A DNA stretch of 64,000 nt, from assembly GCF_009914755.1 (NCBI RefSeq), contig NC_060933.1; one strand, 5' to 3'. The DNA is from the human T2T-CHM13v2.0 reference genome, Homo sapiens. The notes under the pieces are model-generated. The model saw only the letters and a program-made list of their open reading frames with translations, was not told the origin of the DNA and made no database searches. Position 1 is the stretch's first letter; every line of letters begins with the position of its first letter. This document shows, one piece after another, positions 48,322 through 64,000 of this stretch. A program made the translations under genes and the position numbers.

Positions 48322-48331
48322 CTGTGTCCAT
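48322..48331 (-). CDS. RAPGEF1: RAPGEF1 alternative first exon, coding part: MDT + G (phase 1)
   Basis: GCTGCC-ATG-GAC-ACA-G|GTGAGA: strong Kozak context and consensus donor. Matches the recalled C3G N-terminus MDT-DSQRSHLSS. Confidence 0.88.
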
Positions 48332-48599
48332 GGCAGCACGGTCGCTCGGTCTGGCAGCCTGGGTAGCTTAGAAACTGTGCTAGGTTAGACAAGCTTCTCT
48401 GGGAGCAGGCACTTTCATCTACAACCCCCTAGCAGAAGGCGGTGCCCAGAAAAGGCCCAAGGACAAACTATGCTGAAATGAACTGGCCTCAGGTCTTTCT
48501 CCCAAATAGCAGAGAACTCAAATGAAGAGTCATTTCATTCCCAGCGGTTTGGGCAGCTCATGGGATGACAGGCAACTTTTTCCTTTTTTAAAAAAAAGA

Positions 48600-49079
<480 letters not shown>

Positions 49080-50677
49080 TGACAATGAACATAGAATATT
49101 CTTATATTATAAAGATATAAAACATAATATAATCTTATATTAGATATAAAAAGATATAATCTTATATATTATAAAGTTCTTATAAAAGAACTCAGTGAAT
49201 GTTCTTTTTAAAATAAATTATCCAAGTTTCCCAACAGTACCGTTCTGACAAGACACTATACAAGAAGTTCCTGAGAAATGCTGCACAGATGAACCCAAGT
49301 TATTTCTGGAGCAGCAGGTGTACAGGATGGCGACTCATGGTCACTCGGCAAGGCTGTGGGGGCTCAAATTCAGTGAGAAAAATACTCAAGAAATGGCACC
49401 TGAACCCAAGCGCCCTGCCCCTGAGAAAAGCACCCTGGCTTCTGGTCAGAGGGCCAGGAATGAATATACTAGGGGCCTGCCGCCCTCTTGCTGGCTGGAC
49501 AGCCGGAACTCACTGAACCTCTCTGAGCCTGTAAAACTGGGACCATATTCTTTCCCACAGACTAGCTTCAAAAATTTAAGAAGCAATGCATTTTAGGTGC
49601 TAAGAGTTAGATATATAGTAAACCCTCAATAAAGCCTACAAAAATGTCCTTCTGTGCTTCAACCACAGCCTGCAAAAGTCATATTGCCTTGTGGGTCCGC
49701 TGCAGGGGTGCACCCCACAGAAGTATCCCAGATTCAACCCAGGAAACATAAGCAACTTCCACAATCAAAGCCACAGACCTCCTTTGCAGCTCCCTAAAAA
49801 TCTGCTTTCCCTCATTCAGCCGCCAAGCTAACCTGCTACCTGGGTTATGACCACAGGGCATGCTCCCAGTACAGGAGCCCAGGAGCACCCGCCCACTTCA
49901 CCTTAGACCCAAGAATTCGCATTTGCCCTGCAAGGTGCTGCAGGCTAATAAAGCCTGGGGCCCCACAGGCTCGACAGTCATTGAATCTTTGGAGACTCTA
50001 TTTCCAGGACAGGCAAACCCAGGGACTCGGAAGGTAACTCCCCCAGATTTCTAGGAACACACAAAGAGACGAGGTCTGCATCAAGATTTACCATCTACTC
50101 CAACCCACCGGTCCCCCACCTGCCCTCCTTGCAGAGCTGAGCTTGATCGGGGTGGGGAGGGGAAACTTGACTACCTCCTCAAAATACCCCCACTCATCCA
50201 GCCTGCTTCCTTTGAAGCAACCGAAGTGGACGCTTCTCGTTAAACTCGAAGCTCGTTAGAAATGACACATTTTACAGCTCAGCTGGGTTCACCCTCCTAG
50301 CGCCGAGCCCAGGCCGGGCACCGATCGCTGCAGCCGCAGCAGCACGCGGCCCGGGCTGTTCTTCCCCTGCTTGGGGCTCGAGCCATTTTCGGAAGTTCCC
50401 GGGGACCGCGGAGCGGCTAGCGCGCCCGGCCCCGGGTTGCAGGGGCCCCGCCCGGCCCGGCCCCTGGCGCCCCCGCAGCGGCCGCTTCCCCCCGCGCCCG
50501 GCAGGCAATGGGCCTGGAGGAGAAGCTGCCAGGCGCCCCGGCGAGGCCTCGGTGGCTTCACCCCGCCCCGGCGCACGGAGGGCCGCACATCCCGGGCGAC
50601 CCGCGCTCGGCCCGGGGAGCGGCGGAGCCCCAGGGCCGGGCCCGGCCGGAGGGAGCCGCCCCACGCCCGCGCCTCAC

Positions 50678-50738
50678 CTGCTTTCTCGATCTTGCCGGAC
50701 ATTTCCGGGCTGCGCCGGAGGCCGAGGCCGCCGCTCAT
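50678..50738 (-). CDS. RAPGEF1: RAPGEF1 (C3G) CpG-island first exon, coding part: MSGGLGLRRSPEMSGKIEKA + G (phase 1)
   Basis: ATG at 50738-50736, 20 codons plus 1 nt, then donor GCAG|GTGAGG. The peptide matches the recalled C3G N-terminus MSGGLGLRRSPEMSGKIEKA-DSQRSHL. The 5' UTR probably extends to about 51000 (estimate). Confidence 0.93.
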
Positions 50739-50814
50739 CGGGCCCGGGCCGGGCCGCCGCGGGGCGACAGGGGCGGCGCGCCCGCCGCTCGCCTCGGCCC
50801 TGGCTCGCCACGCC

Positions 50815-50832
50815 TCAGACCCGCGCCGGCAT
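50815..50832 (-). promoter_or_regulatory. Candidate upstream ORF MPARV* in the RAPGEF1 5' UTR
   Basis: GAGCCCGCC-ATG-CCG-GCG-CGG-GTC-TGA; ends 76 nt before the main ATG. Confidence 0.6.
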
Positions 50833-51476
50833 GGCGGGCTCCGCGCGGCCGCGGCCCTGCGCTCGGCGACCGCGCTCCAGCCCGCCCGGGCCCAGCCGCT
50901 CCCGCCGCGCCCGCCGCCGCCGCTCCGCCTCCCGCGCGCCCGCCGCCGCTCCCCCGGCCCGCGAGCCGGCCGCAGCGCAGCGACGCCGCCCGCCCGCCCG
51001 CCGGGCCTCGGCCGCGGCCACGGCCACAGCGCCACCTGCCGGGCGCCCGCCGCGCCGCCACAGCGCCCCCTGTGGGCCCGGAGCCGCCCGAGCCTCCCGC
51101 GCGACGCGCGAGACGCAGCGCCCCCTGCCGAGCCGGAGTCCCCACGCCGGGGCCTGGGGCCTGGGGTGTGGGGCCGACCCCGCCTGGGACTCCGCATTCC
51201 TCTGCTGTGGGACCAGAGTCACCAGCTCCAGACCTGGGACTGACAGCTCCAACCCAGGGTCCTCGGTTGCCCAAGAGCCTGGCCTGCCCCCTCACCAGAG
51301 ACACAGAGAACCCTCCTGGGTCAGATTTTCCACCCCAGGACGTGGAACTGACGCCCACCCCACCCTAGCATCATCCCGGACCCAGCATCCCCTGTGGGCC
51401 AGAGGCTCCACACCAGGGCCTAGAACTCACTCTCACCAGGACTCAACAAGCTCTGCTGGCTGGGAGCCTGTCCTGA

Positions 51477-51811
<335 letters not shown>

Positions 51812-52210
51812 CACCCCCTTCTTAATTGGAGACCCCACACCAGGGCCTGGGAGTGGCCTCATAGCACCTCCTGCCAGCCCAGAGGCTCCAGCCGGGGAAT
51901 GAGTCCACTCTGGCATGAAAGCCCTCTGCTGGCCCAAGGTCTATGCCAAGGCGGAGGATTCATTCTCCACCCCAGCCCTGCATGTGGGACTCAGTCACCC
52001 TGCCAGCGAGAGCCACCTGTCCCGGGCTGGGGTTGGCCCTACTCAGGCCTAAATGTCCCCTGAGGCCTAGAGCCTCCATGCTGGCCTGGGCCCAACTCCC
52101 TCAGGGACACAGCACACCCTGCCTGCCCTGCTTATTTGACATCCAGAAGGGCACCCTGGGGCTCAGCTGTGGAACTTTTCTAGTGTGGAAATGAGTTCAT
52201 TAAAAGTCGT

Positions 52211-52822
<612 letters not shown>

Positions 52823-53251
52823 GTCATTTAAGAATCAAAGGATCTGCTAAGTCTAAGCACTATTTCGGGTTCTGTGGGCCCTACAAAAGTGGGCACAATT
52901 GGTGCTTCCCTCCAAAGAGTTCACAACTTAGCTGGGAAGTCAAAGTTAAATCCTATAATACAAGTAGTAAATAACAACAAATTAGTAACGCAAGTGATGT
53001 TCCAATGTGGGGCAATTCTGCTGCCTGCTTCCTGTTGTTAGTCTAAGATGGAATACAAAGAAGTAGCACGCACCACCTGGGCTAGTTTTCCCTCCTGTTT
53101 CCCCCAAAATAAGTAAATTAAATAACCTAGTGATGGGGACAGGATTTGGGGGAGGTGCAGGGAGGAGGAAAAACTGCTAATGTTGTGAGAGATTCTTATT
53201 CCCATCTCCCTGGACAGTCTAAAGGGTCACCGATTCCACAACTAAGAGCTA

Positions 53252-53559
<308 letters not shown>

Positions 53560-54704
53560 TCATAGATGGCAGCCAAATTTCCCATCATCATTTCATCAGT
53601 TGCAGCCCTCTAGAGGTCAAAGGCAAATCCAAAGATTGACAAATTCATTTCCCTCTTCCACCTGATGAATGGATGCTCTGATCCAGGGTGGCCCTGTTCA
53701 GCCCTCTTGGCAGATGCCTTACCAGGCAAAACTGGCCCCTGGTCCCAGGCCCAACCCCAAAACACACTCAATGCTGCCCCCAACCCTTCTAGGCTTCTGA
53801 GCTGAGAAGAGCCGATATTTTAAATCCAAAATCCTGGTTGAAAAGTAGAAAACTAGACTGCATGGATACTAGGTGCAGTCAGGGGTTTGTGAGAACACAA
53901 ATATATTTAATAAATTATGACATATCCAATGACAAAAGATTTGCAAACAACAAAGTACTTTGCAAATGGACATTATGGTAAATCAGGGTCACAGAACTTA
54001 CTTAATAAAGGCTATTCATCAAAGATGTTTATAACTATAGTAGAACACACACAAGGTAATGAAGCAAACGGATTCCCAAAGCCCAGTTCTGGCTGACTTG
54101 GAACCTTCTCATGAGCTGCTCCTGCTGTCTAGAATGTTCCCTCCCCTCCTCTCCACTTGGCTGGTCCCAGTCATCTTTTGCTTCTTAGTTTCACTGTCAC
54201 TTCTATGGAGAATGCTTCCCTGACACGCCCCAACAGGGCCATCCTCCTGTACTGATTAGGAAACTTGATTTCACTCTCAGAAACCTAGCTCTGCTATTGC
54301 TTACAGCAAGAAGGGCATTTTTTGAAGATCATAATTAGTAAACCAGGTATACAATTAGGTCCAAATGCAGCTAACCCAGGCTCTGGAACAAGGCCATTGG
54401 TCCTCTATGTTGGTTCCCTTCTCAGGTCATCTTTCTCTACAAGGTAGCAAAGGGTGAAGCTGGGCACCAGCAGTCCTGGGCCTGTCACCTGCCTGCTTAA
54501 CAACCCCAATGGACAAAGAGGATCTCTTTCCTCATTGTTTCAAAGAGAGCCCCATGGCAGAGTCTAATTAGCTCAGTTTGAGTCACACGTCTATCCCCAG
54601 GCCAATGACTGCAGGAATGGGGTAGAATATGTGACTTGGCCAGCCTAGGAATTGTGCCAATTGTGAGAAAACTTGGGAGCAGAGGCTGTGGAACAGCCTA
54701 GCAT

Positions 54705-54840
54705 CTCAGGAAGCTGAAGCAAGAGAATCACTTGAGCCTAGGAGTTCAAGCCTGTAGGGTGCTATGATCACACCTATGAATAGCTACTGCACTCCAGCCT
54801 GGGCAATAGAGTGAGACCTGTGTCTGAAAACAAAATAAAT
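54705..54840 (+). mobile_element. Old Alu monomer fragment
   Basis: Alu similarity. Confidence 0.75.
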
Positions 54841-55800
54841 TGTAAGATAACAGAAAATAAAGCCCTATTAAGACAAGGGGTCATGCCGGGCTCTTGTACT
54901 GCGGCAGCACCAACTCCAGCAGAGGGAAGGGGCTCAGTCAACACTCGGGTGGGTGCTGTCAGGCCTTCTCCCAACATTCCAGGGAAGGATGGGGTGAGCC
55001 AGGTGACCACTCTACCCTAGCAGCTCTCCAGACTCCATGGTGGAAGATGGAAGAAATAGTTAGGTGGCTCTGAGCCTGCTCACAGAGACTATTTTAGATG
55101 GGGGCCCCTTGCAAAAGCGCCACATCCTCTTCTTGCGTTTGCAGACAACACTCAGCTATTCAGACAACAGGAACTCCACGAGACTCGGGTAGAAAACAGC
55201 CAGAGTGAGGCTGGTGGCCAGGGGCCCACCTCAGCTTGGATTGGTGGGATCTGTTAGCAGGCACCTGCCTGAACTCCCAGACACCACTGTCCGTTCCCTG
55301 TGGACAGAGAGTATTGCTTCATTACATCACCATTGTAGATCAGAGGAGGAGGTGAAACCATTACTAACAGGAGTCATGGGAATGAGGGCTGATGCTTCCT
55401 GAGGGCTGCCTGTGGCTGGGCACTGCTCAGTCACTGCCTCAATCCTGACATGAATCCTGGGAGGGCGGGGTCTAGATAAGAGAGTGTTTGTTTGGTCACG
55501 TGTTGTAGATACCTACTTAATGTTGGCAAAGGGGAATCTATTGGTAAAAAAATGAATGTCTCATAGGTAGAACCAAAGGGCAGGAAATTCAATACCTCGC
55601 CAGCAACTGAACTGCACGTAACAATCACTCACTTTCCCACACATCCCGAGGCCACTTCCTTCCCCAGCTCAGCCGTGAGACCAGACCCGCTAAGGATGCT
55701 CAATCCAAACCCAAGTTCCAGGAGAGAGGAGCTGATTGGCCCAGCTGGGGTCAGTGGTCCACCCCTGGCCCAATTGGGTCTGGCCAGGTGGGTGGGGTTA

Positions 55801-56275
55801 TGTAGGAAGCTGAAGGCCTGAGGGACGCGTGACCAACTCAGCATTCCACTGGAGTCTATATGATCAAACAGCAAACTGTTTATCATGAATGCAAGATGTG
55901 AACAAGCTCACGACTGCTCTTGCAGACAGAAGGTTTCCTGGAGGCAATCACTCCCTGGGGCCAAGGCTATCTACTGCGACATCTAGAGCCTGTTGTTCGA
56001 GGAATGCAGTCTTACAAGCCTACTCTGGGCCAAGCAGCTGACCCCTTCTTCCACCCCAGTTCTCACTACCTCTTTTGCCTAATAAATACAGAGGGCTGTG
56101 TAAAGCTCAGAGCTCTTGTCCACTAGAGGCAAGGTGCCCCCTGACCCCTTCTTCCAAATATACTCTTTTGTCTCTTGCCTTTTATTTCCGTGTTCGCCCC
56201 CTTTGTTCAGTCGCCCTAGGTCGGTGCGGGTTACATAGTGGCGCCCCGAACAGTGACAGAATCGGGCTCACAACA
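55801..56275 (+). mobile_element. HERV-K(HML-6)-like LTR3-type solitary LTR
   Basis: TGT...ACA ends, AATAAA at about 56081, 6-bp TSD GGGTTA (55795-55800 and 56276-56281). Body matches the recalled LTR3 consensus. Confidence 0.8.
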
Positions 56276-56636
56276 GGGTTACATGGTACAAACACAACTG
56301 CTAGAGGCTACACTTGTGGGTCCAGTTCTCAGCAAAGGAGGGCTTAGCATAGGTGTACCCTGCATCCTCTATGGCTTGTATTAACTCCATGTGGCTTAGT
56401 GGGAGACACGAAGACACATTTCTAGTAAGTGGTGGGGCTGGAACTCACACAGGTCAGCCCGCTCGGAGCTCGTGTTTTAACCATGGTGCTACAAATTCTC
56501 TACTCAAACTTCTCTTTATACCTCCTCCCCACAGTGTTTTACATATATGCTTGATCTTGGGTTCAGTTCAATTCAATCCACATAGATTGTATATCTTTAG
56601 AGTACTGGGCCTTATGAGAAAAACAAAGATAAATAA

Positions 56637-57440
<804 letters not shown>

Positions 57441-57564
57441 TAGGGATTCAGGCCAATTAGAAGACCTCTAGATCTCTGTGTACTCAAAGGCTGGTATGAA
57501 ACAGACACATTTTTGATAATGACCCATAAGGCAACCACACAGCCTTGAGGATCAGGTTAAAATG

Positions 57565-58260
<696 letters not shown>

Positions 58261-58587
58261 AAAAATTGGTGAAAATATGAGATTATTGGGCCCACAGCTG
58301 ATGTCTACTAGTGTGAGAGGCCTGGGTGCTGTCATTTCCTTAAACAAGTCTGTAAACCTTACAGATGACCTGATGAATGGGGAAATTGTGCCAGTAATCT
58401 GGTAAACAGTGACAAGCAAACAGCAAGCGCACGCACACACACACATCTCTTCTGCCCCCTAGTGAACATCTAGAATTCTAAACTCCATTTGCTTAAAATC
58501 TAAAGAGCAATGTACTATCATTTTACAATTCTTTAAATTGTTAAATCTCACAGGAAATATGTGCTCATTTTTTAAAAAATAAAATCA

Positions 58588-59352
<765 letters not shown>

Positions 59353-59856
59353 CCATGCACACATTTATGGTGTTTTGTATGAATGAGTTTAAATGGTACA
59401 CATCAGTTAGCAAGACAGAGGCTGGCTAAATGCTCACCAAATCTATTTTTGGGGCACACAGCTGGACTCGTCTCCCAGTTAGGTGTGGCCAGGTGCTCTG
59501 AACAATAGATGAGGGTGAAATAATGATTGCCACTTCCGTGCCCCACTCATAAATTTCTCCAGCACCTGATGGTTGACATTTTCCTTTCTCTTTCAGCTTT
59601 GATGATGTGTGGAGATAGAAGGAGCCTAGGTCCCTGAATGACTGTCTGGGGTAGAGCCGCCCCCTCCCAGTGGACCTACTTTGGGCTGTGACATCAGAAA
59701 GAAATGTAGCTTTACTGGATTTGTTATAGCAGTTCACCTATCCTGTCCAATGCAATCTAAGACTTGCATTTTTCATTAAGTATATTAATATATTGAACAT
59801 CTTTCATGCTAGCAAGTATAAGCCTATTGGATATTTTAAGTCATTCAAGTGTATGA

Positions 59857-60540
<684 letters not shown>

Positions 60541-60826
60541 GTTCTCCTCCAGGGTTTTCTCTCAGGAAATGTCACCTCTTTCCACAGGTTACTCAATTCA
60601 GAAGCCTGGGCTTGGGATCCACTGTCACCAACACCTCGAGCCATTGGTCTGCCCTCCAGCCCCACCTCCACTCTCCTTGGGTGTCAGGCCTCGTGATCTT
60701 CTGCCTGAGTCACTCCTAATGGGGCTCCACGTCCTTTCTTCTCACAATTTCTTCTCCAAATTGTGGCCAGAGGGGTCTTCATGCTAAACCGACAGTGGTA
60801 TCACTCTCCAGGTTAAAATGCCTTCA

Positions 60827-61159
<333 letters not shown>

Positions 61160-61650
61160 CTATGGTGGTCTTCAGTCTCCTCTCTCCCACCAACCTCACG
61201 AGGCTCACGCTCTTCCTCCTGGTCATGCTTAACCAGTGGAGCAAACTGTGCTGGGCCCACCCCCATCACCTTCCCATCTTCCATCATTGTCCCGATGGTC
61301 CCTCCTGTAGGGCTCACTTTAAAGGTAACCTTTGAGAAACCTATCACGTCATGCAGAAGGAGCAGCATTGGAGGCAAAAAGAAAGAACAAGAAACCTATC
61401 ACTTCAGCTCATCACTCAACCAAAACAATATTTTGTCAAGCAGAGTCTAATTCATGCCCAATAAACAGCATCCATTGAAAGTATACAACGTGATGTGTTT
61501 TGGCGGATGTCTACACCCATGAAATCACTGCTGTCAGTCAAGATGCAGAACATTTTCTTTCCTCCAAGGGTCTCCTTGTGCCCCTGGGTCCCTAAACCTT
61601 CTTCCACCACCAGCCCCAGACAACCACAGCGGTGTTTTCTGTCACTGTAG

Positions 61651-62031
<381 letters not shown>

Positions 62032-62272
62032 GAATTTCTTGGGTTGAGCATCTCCCCCAGCATAGCATAAGATACACAAGGACAGTGTCTGTCTTATGCA
62101 CATCTGTGCACAGGGCCTGGTACATAGTAGGTGCTGAGTGAATACATGTTGAGTAGATCCGTAAATTCTCCACTCTTTGTTTATCGGGGGCAGGAGCTAT
62201 TTGGATCAGGAAGATCTTGAGTCTTTTTAGCAAGCTGAGTGACAAGGCGCTTGCTAGCAGAAAAGTACCTTC

Positions 62273-62616
62273 TGGCTGGGTGGTGTGGCTCACCATGTAA
62301 TCCCAGCACTTTGGGAGGCTGAAGTGGGAGGGTCATTTCAGCCCGGCAGTTTGAGACCAACCTGGGCAACATGGAGAGATCTCGTCCTACAACAAAGTTT
62401 AAAAATTGGCCAAGTGTAGTGGCACATACCTGTGGTCCTAGCTACTTGGGAAGCTGAGGCAGGAGGGTCTCGTGAGCACAGAAGGTCAAGGCTGCAGTAA
62501 GCGCTGATCACGCCACTGCACTCCAGCCTGGGTGACAGAGCAAGACTCTGTCTCAGAAACAAAACAAAACAAAACAAAACAAAACAAAACAAAACAAAAC
62601 AAAACAAAACAAAACA
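62273..62616 (+). mobile_element. AluJ with (CAAAA)n microsatellite tail
   Basis: Dimer; about 12 CAAAA units at 62557-62616. Confidence 0.92.
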
Positions 62617-62707
62617 GTATCTTCTTGGACATCCGTGTTTCAGGGGTCTAGTATCCCTGGAAACCCAGGCTTCCCCTCCCACTCACACCCCCTGTGGCAG
62701 CTGCTAG

Positions 62708-63041
<334 letters not shown>

Positions 63042-63079
63042 GAGGCATCCTTTTGAAAATCAACTACTTTTTTTAATAA

Positions 63080-63810
63080 TAAAAAAATTTACATTGTGGT
63101 AAAATACACATAACGTAAAATTTACTATCTTAACCCTTTGTTTTTTTTGAAGAGGCAGGGTCTCCCTCTGTCACCCAGTGGTGTGATCATGGTTCACTGC
63201 AGCCTCAAACTCCTGGGCTCAAGTGATCCTCCTGGCTCAGCCTCCAGAATAGCTGGGATTACAGACACGTGCCGCTGGGCCCAGCTATCTTAGCCATTTT
63301 TAAGTGTGCCCTCCAGTGGCATTAAGCACACTCACATTGTTATGCAACCATCACCACCATCCATCTCCAGAATGTTTTCATCATCTTAAACTGTAACTCT
63401 GTCCCCATGAAACACTGACTCCCCATTTTCCCCTTCCCCAGCTCCTGGCAACCTACATTCTATATCCTGTGTCTACCAATTTGACTATTCTAGCACCTCA
63501 TATCAGTGGAATCATCCAGTATTTGTCCTTTTGTGACTGGCTTATTTCACTTAACACACATCCTCAAGGTTCTCCTGTGCTGCAGCATGCGTCACAGTGC
63601 CACTCCCTTTTCAAGGCTGAATAATATTCCTTTGTATGGATGAATGGACCACATTTTGTTTATCTATTTGGACACTCGGCTTTTGGCTACTGTAAATAAT
63701 GCTGTTATGAATATGGGTGTATAAATATCTCTTTGAAACTTTACTTTCAATTCTTTTGGGTATATACACAGAAGTAGAATTACTGGATCGTATGATAATT
63801 CTATTTTTAA
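63080..63810 (-). mobile_element. L1M (L1MB-type) 3' region with an Alu fragment at about 63140-63286
   Basis: TTGTGGTAAAATACACATAAC...GTGACTGGCTTATTTCACTTAAC. Confidence 0.82.
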
Positions 63811-63814
63811 TTAA

Positions 63815-64000
<186 letters not shown>

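Larger units (their letters stand above)
50280..51200. promoter_or_regulatory. CpG island / main RAPGEF1 promoter
   Basis: Very GC-rich and CpG-dense, with GC boxes (CCGCCC) and CCG runs; contains the first coding exon. Confidence 0.95.

Overview
Human (primate) genomic DNA containing the 5' end of RAPGEF1 (C3G, a Rap1 guanine-nucleotide exchange factor) on the minus strand. It was recognised from three alternative coding first exons: MSGGLGLRRSPEMSGKIEKA in a CpG island (50678-50738), MDT (48322-48331) and MGNAIEKQKPLKRSHLYPWKQ (20584-20647). All three end in phase 1 at GT donors; the shared exon 2 was not found and should lie left of the window. Positions 1-50677 are intron 1 and about 51000-64000 is upstream flank. 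The rest is mostly repeats: over 45 Alus, L1/L2/MIR fragments, an ERV1-type provirus remnant with env and 3' LTR, an HML-6-like LTR, DNA-transposon fossils and a 7SL pseudogene. Almost all ORFs in the supplied track are Alu- or GC-derived artefacts. I see no evidence of a wholly new multi-gene system. The best leads are an antisense micro-exon candidate encoding MGNTLS, a TSD-flanked retro-insert carrying an unidentified decayed terminal coding exon, an Alu-monomer/7SL chimera, a uORF ahead of a weak main AUG, and several local rearrangements. Repeat family names are from memory of consensus sequences, and repeat boundaries are approximate.
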